Of a stretch of 64,000 nucleotides of DNA, positions 19,463 to 28,178 are shown in pieces (position 1 is the stretch's first letter; each line of letters starts with the position of its first letter). The notes under the pieces are model-generated. The model saw nothing but the letters and a program-made list of their open reading frames with translations, was not told the origin of the DNA and did not search any database. The position numbers were made by a program, and so were the translations under genes. Source of the stretch: a virus. The stretch lies in the IMG/VR virus record IMGVR_UViG_3300047469_000197, positions 1 through 64,000 of that record. One strand, given 5' to 3'.

Positions 19463-20255
19463 ATACCTGCGGGAACTCAGCCAGTACCATTGACCGGAAA
19501 TGATCTGAATCCTCGCCCACTTGCTGGCGAAGCCGCTCAACGCTTCCCATGGAATATCCCTCCATATCCTGCGCAGCCAGCTTTATCCCTGAAAATTGCT
19601 CATCGTCAAATAGCGCCTTAAACGCACCCTGAGCGCTTAGCGGTACTCCGGCGATGATAGATGGCTGATGAGGCCAGATCTTCGCACTGAGGGATTCCAG
19701 CAGTTCATTTGAGCATTGATGCGCGTTATCCACGTAAACGAATGACAGTGCGTTAGTAACCTTCTGGATTTTGACGTCAGTCAGAGTGTCTGGGTGCACC
19801 CATTCGAGCCGGCGATCCGGTGACGCCTTCACCCACACAGCGAACGCATCAAATTGCAGCTGCGCGCTGAGTAGCGGCCATTTGGCTATGAGGCGATGCA
19901 GCAGCTCACGCGTCATGAGGTGGACCGCAGGATCGGGTGAAAAGATATAAGCGCATCCGGTGCGGATAAACAGAAATCGCCAGACGGCATAGGCCGCACC
20001 CAGCATGTACGGGCGGCATTGTTCCGCGTGTGCCAGTGCGATGCGGCTCGGTCCATGGGTGTACGACTCCATCTGCTCTAACACGGGCATGAAAGCCGGA
20101 TCGAGCTTGAGATCCAGATGGTTCGCGCATGCTTCCTTAAATCCCACGCCATAGAGCTGGCTGGGTTCAGTGGGTGCGGTGTCCAGGTCGAAGTGCTCAA
20201 GGACTTTGGCATGTGCACTTTTCACGCCGGGTTTGAACATAGAAATCTTTTTCAT
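19461..20255 (-). CDS. Degenerate terminase large-subunit ATPase-domain paralog B
   Basis: VYVDNAHQ (Walker B remnant) and terminal GEDSDHFRSMVLAEFP matching Pac[17 protein letters not shown]; Walker A lost. Confidence 0.6.
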   Translation of the reverse strand: MKKISMFKPGVKSAHAKVLEHFDLDTAPTEPSQLYGVGFKEACANHLDLKLDPAFMPVLEQMESYTHGPSRIALAHAEQCRPYMLGAAYAVWRFLFIRTGCAYIFSPDPAVHLMTRELLHRLIAKWPLLSAQLQFDAFAVWVKASPDRRLEWVHPDTLTDVKIQKVTNALSFVYVDNAHQCSNELLESLSAKIWPHQPSIIAGVPLSAQGAFKALFDDEQFSGIKLAAQDMEGYSMGSVERLRQQVGEDSDHFRSMVLAEFPQV

Positions 20256-20268
20256 CGTGCCTCAGTAC

Positions 20269-20286
20269 GGCCACCAGCTGGTGGCC
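20269..20286. repeat. Perfect palindrome GGCCACCAGCTGGTGGCC (two opposed Chi sites)
   Basis: Identical copy at 62596-62613, 14-bp core at 59397-59410, partial copy near 34369-34380; all intergenic. Confidence 0.85.
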
Positions 20287-20294
20287 GGTGGTCG

Positions 20295-23200
20295 TCAGAG
20301 AATGGCAATAATGTCGTCTACATCGCCGCGCGTACTGGCATCGCAGCTGATAGCGCGCCTGGCAGTGAACGTCTGCACCTTAAAGCCATGCTTACGGTAA
20401 AGCTCCTTGATGTTTGGTGCGCCACTGTTGGTGATAACGATACGGGCACCACGTCCATGCGCAGCGATACACGCCTCCACCAGAGCAACCTGATGTTCGA
20501 AGTCAAACGCACCTTTGGTGTACGCCGTGAATCCGTTTTCTCCTGGCATCGGCTCATAAGGCGGATCGCAAAACACCACATCACCCGCACCGGCGCGCGC
20601 GATAGTTTCCTCAAATGAACCACAGATGAACTCTCGGTGCTGCTTGCTTGCGGCAAAATGCGCGAGTTCCTGCTCAGGAAAATACGGTTTCGGCTTAACT
20701 TTTTTACACCAGCCGACGTTGAATATCCCTTTCTTGTTGTAGCGACACAGGCCGTTGAAGCAGGTCCGCAGCATCGCCAGGAACAGCGCCGCATGGCGTG
20801 CAGCGGGTGCCTCACGCTCGTTAAACTTATCACGGATGTTTTCATATGCGCTGTTACTGGTGCAGCGCTCCACCAGCTCACGTGCTGCCATGATTACTTT
20901 GTCTGGCCTTTCTTCCAGCTGGCGATAGAGGTTAATCAGATCAGGATTGACGTCAGCCAGAAGGTTATTTTTAAAGCCCATATTCATGAACACGGAACCT
21001 GCGCCCACGAACGGCTCTATAAGGCGATCCCCTTTCGGCATGACTGCGGCGATAACATCCAGATATTTGTACTTACCGCCTGCCCATTTCAGAAAGGGAC
21101 GCTGCCTGCCACCCGTGGCAGCGACGATCGCTGATGCGATTTCTGCTTTCGGCACATCAACCGGGTAGGCAACGCATGGCGCAGAGTCACCTGTTCCCGT
21201 TTCGCCAGCCTCAGCAGTGAGCGTATGACACACATCACCCATATCACCGCGACCGTTACGCGCCACGCGCGTCTGAAACCCGTATGCTTCAGTGGGTGGA
21301 GAATCCGCGTTTTCGGTTTGGGTTTGAGGTAATGCATCCGGGCAAACCTCCGGCTTGGCCACATCTGCTGCTGCAGTGACTGCCCGCCCGATACGCGCGC
21401 CGATCCACTGCATCACCGGCACCGCCATTGAATTACCAATCGCCTTGTAGCGAGGGCCATCAGCCGCCAGGCGGTCAGCCTCATCTTCCGGCATATCAGG
21501 ATGCATTTTACGAAGGTACGCCAGTTCGTCTGCCTTCAGGGTGTTGCGCTTCTTTTCGGGTATCAATGTCCAGCCATCAGGGAAGCCCTGCAAGCGCTCG
21601 CACTCTTTAGGTGTCAGTCGGCGCACATCGAAGCTGGTGAGAACAGTAGGGCATCCCTGACCGGGCTTGCCCCCGCCAGTGGAAAGCGCGCCGGAAATCT
21701 GCCCATCGCCGTTTTCTAATCGCACTTCGCCGCGACTGTTTTCTGCAAAAGCCACGTGAGCCACTGCATGGCCATGTGCGGATTGCAGGGTGAAGCCCGG
21801 ATCACCTTCATTCCCAATCCCGATACCTTCGCGGCTGGAATTGCTGGTGGTAGGTCCGCGCAGCGCCATCAGGGTGCTGATTGGATAGCACTCCAGCGCC
21901 ACCCCCTGAGTGGCGGCTGTATCGATGGTGTAGCTGGTCCCTTCGTCGTTCCAGCCCTTTCCGTTTTGCGCTTTATCGCGGGAGCTTACATCCTGCAAGG
22001 CATAAACAATCGCATTCTCCTGGCCTTGGTTGCGGCCAATGGTGTGCGCATTCTCTACCAGCACATCGGGATCTTGCGTGCCGTGAATAGCCACAACAGG
22101 TGTTCCGCGCCCGGTACCATCTTCCGAGGCATCATGCCCTTCAGCAGTCAGGGTGTGGCTCACTTCGCCCGTAGCGCTCTGCACAGCAAACGTCTCGACG
22201 TCGAAATCATTACGCTGGCCTTTAGCCGTCAGGCATGCCGCGATTTCGATAGAGCCGGAGCAGTTGCCGCCGCCAAACGCGGCCACCAGCCCGCTGCCGC
22301 GTTGGGCAAAGACTTCCTGATTGCTCGCACCGATCCCGCCCGTGTTGTGAGACTGGTTCAGCGTAGGGTGTGGGTTAAGTTCGGAGTCCCAGTGGCTACC
22401 ATTTCGAGTGCCCTCTGTAGCAGCTGCGGCAACTTGCGCCCCCGGTTTTCTGCTCGGCGGAGAATCCCGGCGCACGCCGTCGAACTCAAAAAGTATTTCT
22501 GCGGGATCAATTTCGTTTCGAGCACTTGCGACAACGAACACACGACTGCGGCGTTGGGCCACGCCGAGGTATTGGGCATCAAGGATTCGCCAGGCCACTC
22601 GGCGCTGTCGTCCATAAACACAACCCGACTTTGGCCATTTAACGACGTGTGCATTGGCGTCTTTGTTCCAGCGCCAGAACTTGCTGCTTTTGGTTTGTTC
22701 AGGTCGCTCACCAGGTGTGAACGGCTCGCTTTCTCCAGCCAGTCCGGCAAGGAGGTATCCAAAGGCGTTGTCTTTGGTGCTGAGACTTCCTGGGACGTTT
22801 TCCCAGACGTGGATTGCTGGATCTTTGCCTTCTTCGGCACGTTTTTCGTCGATTGCATTTGCGATATCTACATAGGAGAGGGTGAGCTGGCCGCGTGGGT
22901 CTTTAAGGCTTTGCCCTAAGCCTGCGATAGAAAACGCCTGGCACGGTGTGCCGCCTACCAATACATCTGGCGCCGGAGTGATGCCAGTACGCACGGCGGC
23001 TGCAATTTTTGTCATGTCGCCCAGGTTAGGCACCTGCGGAAAATGATGATCGAGTACAGCTGCAGGAAACTTTTCGATCTCCGCAAACCATGCCGGCGTC
23101 CATCCCAGTGGGTGCCACGCAACGCTTGCCGCTTCGATGCCGCTGCATACCGATCCATAGGTCATTGCGCCAAATGTCTTGGCTAATGTCGCCTCCATAG

Positions 23201-23384
23201 ATTCGCGTACCCATTCAACCGGATCCACATCAGATTCAACTGTGATAGTGGCGGTGCCCGATAGGTTAAGCGGGGGCAGTTCTGGCTCGCCGCTGGAATC
23301 GACCTCCGGCGCATTGCTTCTGCCGAAATGGACGGCCTTACCATCAAGTGTGAGGCAAATTAATTCGCCTTTTAGCTTTAGCAT
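20295..23384 (-). CDS. dmt: Bifunctional Dcm-like (C5) plus Dam DNA methyltransferase Dmt
   Basis: C5 motifs SVCSGI, GGTPCQ, WENV, AQRRSR, RRLTPKECERLQGFP, KAIGNS; Dam motifs KWAGGK, EPFVGAG, DPPY. Confidence 0.92.
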   Translation of the reverse strand: MLKLKGELICLTLDGKAVHFGRSNAPEVDSSGEPELPPLNLSGTATITVESDVDPVEWVRESMEATLAKTFGAMTYGSVCSGIEAASVAWHPLGWTPAWFAEIEKFPAAVLDHHFPQVPNLGDMTKIAAAVRTGITPAPDVLVGGTPCQAFSIAGLGQSLKDPRGQLTLSYVDIANAIDEKRAEEGKDPAIHVWENVPGSLSTKDNAFGYLLAGLAGESEPFTPGERPEQTKSSKFWRWNKDANAHVVKWPKSGCVYGRQRRVAWRILDAQYLGVAQRRSRVFVVASARNEIDPAEILFEFDGVRRDSPPSRKPGAQVAAAATEGTRNGSHWDSELNPHPTLNQSHNTGGIGASNQEVFAQRGSGLVAAFGGGNCSGSIEIAACLTAKGQRNDFDVETFAVQSATGEVSHTLTAEGHDASEDGTGRGTPVVAIHGTQDPDVLVENAHTIGRNQGQENAIVYALQDVSSRDKAQNGKGWNDEGTSYTIDTAATQGVALECYPISTLMALRGPTTSNSSREGIGIGNEGDPGFTLQSAHGHAVAHVAFAENSRGEVRLENGDGQISGALSTGGGKPGQGCPTVLTSFDVRRLTPKECERLQGFPDGWTLIPEKKRNTLKADELAYLRKMHPDMPEDEADRLAADGPRYKAIGNSMAVPVMQWIGARIGRAVTAAADVAKPEVCPDALPQTQTENADSPPTEAYGFQTRVARNGRGDMGDVCHTLTAEAGETGTGDSAPCVAYPVDVPKAEIASAIVAATGGRQRPFLKWAGGKYKYLDVIAAVMPKGDRLIEPFVGAGSVFMNMGFKNNLLADVNPDLINLYRQLEERPDKVIMAARELVERCTSNSAYENIRDKFNEREAPAARHAALFLAMLRTCFNGLCRYNKKGIFNVGWCKKVKPKPYFPEQELAHFAASKQHREFICGSFEETIARAGAGDVVFCDPPYEPMPGENGFTAYTKGAFDFEHQVALVEACIAAHGRGARIVITNSGAPNIKELYRKHGFKVQTFTARRAISCDASTRGDVDDIIAIL
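22358..22858 (-). CDS. Nested out-of-frame ORF resembling a C5-MTase beta polypeptide
   Basis: SLSQVLE..IPQKYFLS..AC.GILRRA..RG motif in a different frame inside dmt. Confidence 0.55.
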   Translation of the reverse strand: MQSTKNVPKKAKIQQSTSGKTSQEVSAPKTTPLDTSLPDWLEKASRSHLVSDLNKPKAASSGAGTKTPMHTSLNGQSRVVFMDDSAEWPGESLMPNTSAWPNAAVVCSLSQVLETKLIPQKYFLSSTACAGILRRAENRGRKLPQLLQRALEMVATGTPNLTHTLR

Positions 23385-23662
23385 CAGACGCTATCTCCAT
23401 ATAAATATTGCTTCTGATAGCCACGTAATATCCGGCAGGCTTCGATTTCGTCAGCGGTCAGGGGAGTGCGTCGAAAGGCATGTTCATCCTCGATGCGTTG
23501 CAGAAGGCAGTGAATGTAATGCCTGGTCGCAGCATCTCTTTGCATGCCGGAAACTTCCTTAGCGAGCACCAGAAAATCAAGCGTCTCTGCCTTGTTTGTA
23601 GGCGCAGCATTGAACCAGGTAGGCATTTCTTTAGAGTTAGTCATGATTACGGCTTTAGACAT
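23384..23662 (-). CDS. Hypothetical protein
   Basis: Stop/start overlap with dmt; RBS present. Confidence 0.6.
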   Translation of the reverse strand: MSKAVIMTNSKEMPTWFNAAPTNKAETLDFLVLAKEVSGMQRDAATRHYIHCLLQRIEDEHAFRRTPLTADEIEACRILRGYQKQYLYGDSV

Positions 23663-23671
23663 ACCCGTTCC

Positions 23672-24586
23672 TTAGCGCTTGGCTTCGCCGCCAAGTGCTG
23701 CTGTCAGGTTATCTACCAGCGCCACCAGCTCAGCTCCCATTAGGAGAATGTCTGCGCTGGCCCGCAGTGCCACATCTTCGCGGTCAATGTCGTCGTTCTG
23801 ATCGCGAAGGGAGTCGCTAAACTTAATCCCGGAGATGAAACCGCCATCATCAATCACAAATTGGACACGCTCCTGCCAGTCCAGTGCCAGCTTGGTCACT
23901 AGCTTGCCAGCGTCCAGATGCGCGCCGATTTCGTCGCTCTGTAGATCCTGTTTATTGCAGGTGATAATGCCACCAGCCTCAAGAAGGGCTTTGAGCTGTG
24001 CACGCTCCCCCATGGTGAAGCCTGCGGGGATCTCGCCTTCTTTAAGCCATGCGGTAAGCGTCAGCTCAATCGGGGTTTCCATGGTGAGGGGGATAACCGG
24101 AAGGGATCCAAGCGATTTACGGATGAGCGCCAGCGCGTTCTCTGACTGCTTTGCCGAGGCGTTAATGAAGATGCGACGACCGTCCAGATCGAACAGGACA
24201 GCCGTGGTGCCATACCGTGAGAATGCGCGAGGGAGTAAGGTATGCAGCACCTCATCTTTGAGCGAATCCTTTTCGGTCTTCTTGAGCTTGCGGCCCTGTG
24301 CAGCCTCCATTTTCTTGATTTTCGCATTGAGCGCTTCCGTGCGGACGTCAGTCGGCAGAAGTTTCGTTTCATGCTTAATCAGCGCCATCATGAAACCGCC
24401 TTCACTGTGTACAAGGGGGCCGTCATTGTCGCGGGTAATGGGGCTGATGAAGCCGCTGCGGGCGATATCCTGCGAGCCACAAGGTGTAAACCGGAAGGCT
24501 TCGCACTGCTTAAGCACGTCCTCTACATTGAGGGGGATATCGCGGTTAAGGCGGTAGGCAGATAACGAACGGAATTGAGAGAACAT
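23672..24586 (-). CDS. hrdC: Recombination-associated RdgC homolog
   Basis: FTPCGSQD..RSGF, LKDEVLHTLLPRAFS and GKLVTKLALDWQER motifs. Confidence 0.95.
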   Translation of the reverse strand: MFSQFRSLSAYRLNRDIPLNVEDVLKQCEAFRFTPCGSQDIARSGFISPITRDNDGPLVHSEGGFMMALIKHETKLLPTDVRTEALNAKIKKMEAAQGRKLKKTEKDSLKDEVLHTLLPRAFSRYGTTAVLFDLDGRRIFINASAKQSENALALIRKSLGSLPVIPLTMETPIELTLTAWLKEGEIPAGFTMGERAQLKALLEAGGIITCNKQDLQSDEIGAHLDAGKLVTKLALDWQERVQFVIDDGGFISGIKFSDSLRDQNDDIDREDVALRASADILLMGAELVALVDNLTAALGGEAKR

Positions 24587-24849
24587 CAGCAGCTTTCCCC
24601 TTCGATAGTGATGCAGAACTCGAAGATGCCGCTTTCTTCTAGGAACTTGGTCGGATTGTTCATATCAGACCAGTAACGTGGCTGGCCCGCGAACGAGCCA
24701 AGGATAAAGTCGGTGCCGTTGGCATCGGTGGCCACCAGCGAGATGAGCTTGCCGTTTTTGAACAGGGTGTAACGCGCGAAACTGTCTTTACGCATTTCCT
24801 TGATAAATGCGGTGCGATTCAAGGGAATGCATTTTTCTTGGTTTTTCAT
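24586..24849 (-). CDS. Hypothetical protein
   Basis: Coupled to hrdC; first gene after an operator-bearing promoter. Confidence 0.65.
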   Translation of the reverse strand: MKNQEKCIPLNRTAFIKEMRKDSFARYTLFKNGKLISLVATDANGTDFILGSFAGQPRYWSDMNNPTKFLEESGIFEFCITIEGESC

Positions 24850-24873
24850 GAGTGAATCTCTGGCTAATGTTGT

Positions 24874-24892
24874 GACATAGTATACTAAATTA
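24874..24892. promoter_or_regulatory. C1 operator-like motif overlapping a -10 box (TATACT)
   Basis: Reverse complement AATTTAGTATACTATGTC upstream of the hrdC-dmt operon. Confidence 0.55.
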
Positions 24893-24931
24893 ATTATTAG
24901 CCAGACAGTTTGAAGCGTTACCCCTGTTTTT

Positions 24932-25573
24932 TTATCCTTTTTGCGCTGTAATTGCCTGCGCAGTAAGGCTCAGCGTACCGCCAGCCTTGAGCGACATATC
25001 TCCCGCAGCCTCAACGGCCATGTTGCCAGCCGTTTTTACCGTCGCATCTCCTTCGGAATAAACAAAGAGCGTCAGCTGCGAATTTAGGTAGAGCTGCCCG
25101 CCGTCATTCATTCCCAAAGTGGTGCCACTGCTTTTGTGCGTTACTGACCAGCTGCCGGAGGCGTTGCGGATCTCCAGCAAGCCATTGCGATCATAAACAA
25201 AGTCCTTTGACGCTGTGACAGTCCCGGCAGTAGGCGCACCATCGATAGATTTCTGCGTATAGGCCGAGCCCTGTCCGGATACTTCAGCGGGAAGGTTAGG
25301 CACGCCGCCAGGTGAGTCAGACGCACCGCCCACAATGCGAGGGCGCGTGCTGTCGCCGTTGTAAGGGAAATCGATCCAGACGTAGTCACCGGCCAACAGT
25401 GGCCTGTAAGTGCCATCCTCTCCGAGAACACGCTCAGCCCAGGGCAAATTTGCATCAGCGATACTGTCCCAGATGCCCACAATGCGCACAGTCGCCCGAA
25501 GCATGCCCTTCGGATCGTCAACATCGACAACTTTTGCACGCTGCGGCCCGTTAATAGCTTCGTTAACTTCCAT
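24932..25573 (-). CDS. 5: Baseplate spike protein gp5 (gpV-like)
   Basis: VVDVDDPKG..R..VRI, LPWA and F..GD..RP OB-fold motifs; C-terminal beta-helix repeats. Confidence 0.85.
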   Translation of the reverse strand: MEVNEAINGPQRAKVVDVDDPKGMLRATVRIVGIWDSIADANLPWAERVLGEDGTYRPLLAGDYVWIDFPYNGDSTRPRIVGGASDSPGGVPNLPAEVSGQGSAYTQKSIDGAPTAGTVTASKDFVYDRNGLLEIRNASGSWSVTHKSSGTTLGMNDGGQLYLNSQLTLFVYSEGDATVKTAGNMAVEAAGDMSLKAGGTLSLTAQAITAQKG

Positions 25574-26579
25574 CGTAAACCTCAGCCAGAATTACCCGGC
25601 AGTTGTAGTTGTAGCGATCCTCAACATGGATCACCCGGTCAATAATCATCTTGGTTGGCACCGACTCATCCAGCCCGCTGGTGGTGTTGTACGTGTGCAC
25701 CAGCACCTTAACCACCAGCCCAGGCGTCAATGCGCTGTTGCCATCAACCTCCATGTCAAACCGTGGGAGCAGGCACATTGTCAGATTGTTGAGCGCCGTC
25801 TGATCGTCAACGCTCACCATCTTCACCGGCCAGGTATCTTTACCCGCCGTAAGCATGCCGTTGGTCGCACTGTAGGCCATGTATTTGTACTGCCTGTGCA
25901 ACAGGTAGCTATCCTGGTCGTTCAGCTTGGCAAAACGGTTAATGCGGTAGGTCGCCTTTGGATTATTTGCCTCATAGGTGATATCCGCTGCTTTATTGCT
26001 GAGAGCGGCCATCCCTTTGATGTAAATCGTTCCGCGCGCGGCCCAGCACAACGCCCCGGCCTCCTGCGCCATGCGCGACAACACGGCGGAAGGCTTCTGG
26101 CCCATATTCAGGTGATATGTGCCCAGCTTCTTAAAGCTGTCAGAACTGACCGTTAACGAACTGGCCAGCGCGGCGAGCACCACAGAAGGCTGTTTCTTCA
26201 CAAAGAATTGTGGAGCCACCGCCCGCGCCTTGAGGGTTTTCACCTTCTTGCTGAACGCGATAATGCGCACCATATCGCCCTGATCCGGGGCTTTCAGCAC
26301 CTCAAAGGTATCCGTCCAGGATTTATTACCGATGCCCTGCGGGTTGCCCATAGAGCAAGTCAGGATCGTGCCCTGTGTGATGCCCAGGGTATCCGTTAAA
26401 TACCCGGTGCCGTCCCGCACCTCTAACTCCAGCTGAGGGCCGCTGAGGTCTGAGAATTCGATATAGATTGCGCGTGAAATCATCGACCGGGGGATTTCCT
26501 GATCGCCTGCTTTAACGGATTGTAAAAAGAGCTGATTACGCTTCTTGTCGCTACTGGTGCTGCTGGTGGTGGTTGCCAT
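25563..26579 (-). CDS. 6: Baseplate hub protein gp6
   Basis: 338 aa; synteny 5-6-24-7-25-26; GN..LTPG motif. Confidence 0.75.
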   Translation of the reverse strand: MATTTSSTSSDKKRNQLFLQSVKAGDQEIPRSMISRAIYIEFSDLSGPQLELEVRDGTGYLTDTLGITQGTILTCSMGNPQGIGNKSWTDTFEVLKAPDQGDMVRIIAFSKKVKTLKARAVAPQFFVKKQPSVVLAALASSLTVSSDSFKKLGTYHLNMGQKPSAVLSRMAQEAGALCWAARGTIYIKGMAALSNKAADITYEANNPKATYRINRFAKLNDQDSYLLHRQYKYMAYSATNGMLTAGKDTWPVKMVSVDDQTALNNLTMCLLPRFDMEVDGNSALTPGLVVKVLVHTYNTTSGLDESVPTKMIIDRVIHVEDRYNYNCRVILAEVYDGS

Positions 26580-27418
26580 CAGACCACCTCTCCATAAGGG
26601 TTAGGGAACGTTGGAGGCAGGATGACTGGCGCGGCAGTGGTGTAAGCCACGCCGTTATTGAACACTTCAAAGGAGGTTTTCTGCGGCGTACCCAGCCACG
26701 CGGTATAGAGCGGCGCAACGATAGTGATCGGGATGGCTGCAGCATAAACACGATCGTTATTCAGCTGCCCGGACAGGTCTTCGATTATCAGGGCTTTTGG
26801 GTCGCGGAAGCTGCACTCCAGGGCGATGGGAGAGCCAGCCAGCTGAGACGATGCGGTGAAACGCGTAGAGCCGTAAGCCACATACTGATAGATCCAGCTG
26901 GCATAGATGGCCGTCAGTGCGCTGAGCGTTTCTTTCTCGTTGGCGAGCACCATTAGCGTGTAAGTAATTTCCACCGGCATAACGGAGAGCAGCGCAATCG
27001 AATTACCGTGTTTGTCCGGTAGCGCACCCGCATTGTATTCAGCAGACATGATGGTCATGTCGTGCGGCTGGAAGCCCGGAGAACGGCCCAGATTTAGCAC
27101 GGGGAGGGCTTCCGGGTTGACGTCACTGAATGACGTGCTTTCATCATCCCGGCGCCCACCCTTAGCACTGCGCATAGCACGCAGGAAGGTTTCAATGTCG
27201 TTGAAAGCCCCGATCTTCAGTTTGTCGCGGGCGCTACGCTTCAGGAACTGTGCCAGAGGCTTCGCGCTCTGGCGTTGGTCGCTCACCTGCACGCCATCGA
27301 GCACGGCCAAAATGGCATTCGACAGCGCTGCGTCCACATCGCTGGTGGATGACATTTCGCGCATGCCGTTAGGCGCAAACATTTCACGCACAAAGCGCAT
27401 CATCAGGTTCTTACTCAT
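26579..27418 (-). CDS. 24: Tail completion/terminator protein gp24
   Basis: FLKR..RD, LPVLNL.RSP.F and EKE.L motifs; start re-called to 27418. Confidence 0.8.
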   Translation of the reverse strand: MSKNLMMRFVREMFAPNGMREMSSTSDVDAALSNAILAVLDGVQVSDQRQSAKPLAQFLKRSARDKLKIGAFNDIETFLRAMRSAKGGRRDDESTSFSDVNPEALPVLNLGRSPGFQPHDMTIMSAEYNAGALPDKHGNSIALLSVMPVEITYTLMVLANEKETLSALTAIYASWIYQYVAYGSTRFTASSQLAGSPIALECSFRDPKALIIEDLSGQLNNDRVYAAAIPITIVAPLYTAWLGTPQKTSFEVFNNGVAYTTAAPVILPPTFPNPYGEVV

Positions 27419-28178
27419 CAAGCATTCCCTCATAGCTGCGGCTCGGCACGCAGTAATAAAGCGTACCCACAGCGGCGGTGCCGTAGTTAAATTTGCGGTG
27501 CACATACCACCAGCGGCGGATGTGTTCGCCGTTAGCCAGCGCCTCATTCCATTCCAGAATTGTGCCGATGGTGATGTCATGCGCTGCGATACGCAGAATC
27601 AACGCGTCATCCTGCACGCCGGTGTTCTCGTCGGTGTCATTCATGGCGTAAAACTCGGCCATCTGATCCGGACAATCCACTATGGCCACCAGCTCAGGAT
27701 CTGCGTAATGGAGCGTTTCCTGGTTAGGGTCAATTTTCTGGGCGCTGGTGGCTTCATATCCGTCATCACCAATGACCACATCGGTCGTGCTCATTGCCCG
27801 GAACATCAACGCATCGAACGCGTCAGGGCTCAGCTGTATGGATTTGATCCAGTCAGCCCGCAGCTGGTCATTGAGGATGGAATGACTATCAAAGCGGGTG
27901 CGGAGCGTGGGCGTGGCGGGGCGGTTAGCGATGGCGTCCGGCACAGGGCTATTGTCATCAGTAACGTCCGCGCTTTCATCGCTATCGGCTGCAGCGTCAT
28001 CGGTGCTTTCCTCATGGGTTACGGTGTCGGCTTCGCCGCTGGTGGAATCAGACTCCAGCTCGGTGGCGTCTGCGGTGGGCGTTGGTAATTCGCTTGCTGG
28101 TGCGCTGCTGCCAGTAGCCACAGGAGTAGCCACAGGAGCGGTAGGCGCAGGATCGATAAGGTCATCAAAATGTCCCAT
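27411..28178 (-). CDS. 7: gp7 tail/neck stability protein
   Basis: Acidic disordered N-terminus, RRWWYVH..F.YGTA.VG motif; synteny. Confidence 0.75.
   Translation of the reverse strand: MGHFDDLIDPAPTAPVATPVATGSSAPASELPTPTADATELESDSTSGEADTVTHEESTDDAAADSDESADVTDDNSPVPDAIANRPATPTLRTRFDSHSILNDQLRADWIKSIQLSPDAFDALMFRAMSTTDVVIGDDGYEATSAQKIDPNQETLHYADPELVAIVDCPDQMAEFYAMNDTDENTGVQDDALILRIAAHDITIGTILEWNEALANGEHIRRWWYVHRKFNYGTAAVGTLYYCVPSRSYEGMLDE

Noticed and set aside
27419-27580. N-terminal extensions in the ORF track (24, pmgB, ref, c1, 54719-55456, 58495)
   Set aside because: They overlap upstream genes or promoters; downstream starts fit RBS, coupling and homology better.
21756-28088. Long plus-strand ORFs 21756-22919, 23835-24557 and 27012-28088
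   Set aside because: They are antisense to dmt, hrdC and genes 24/7, with no recognisable protein features.
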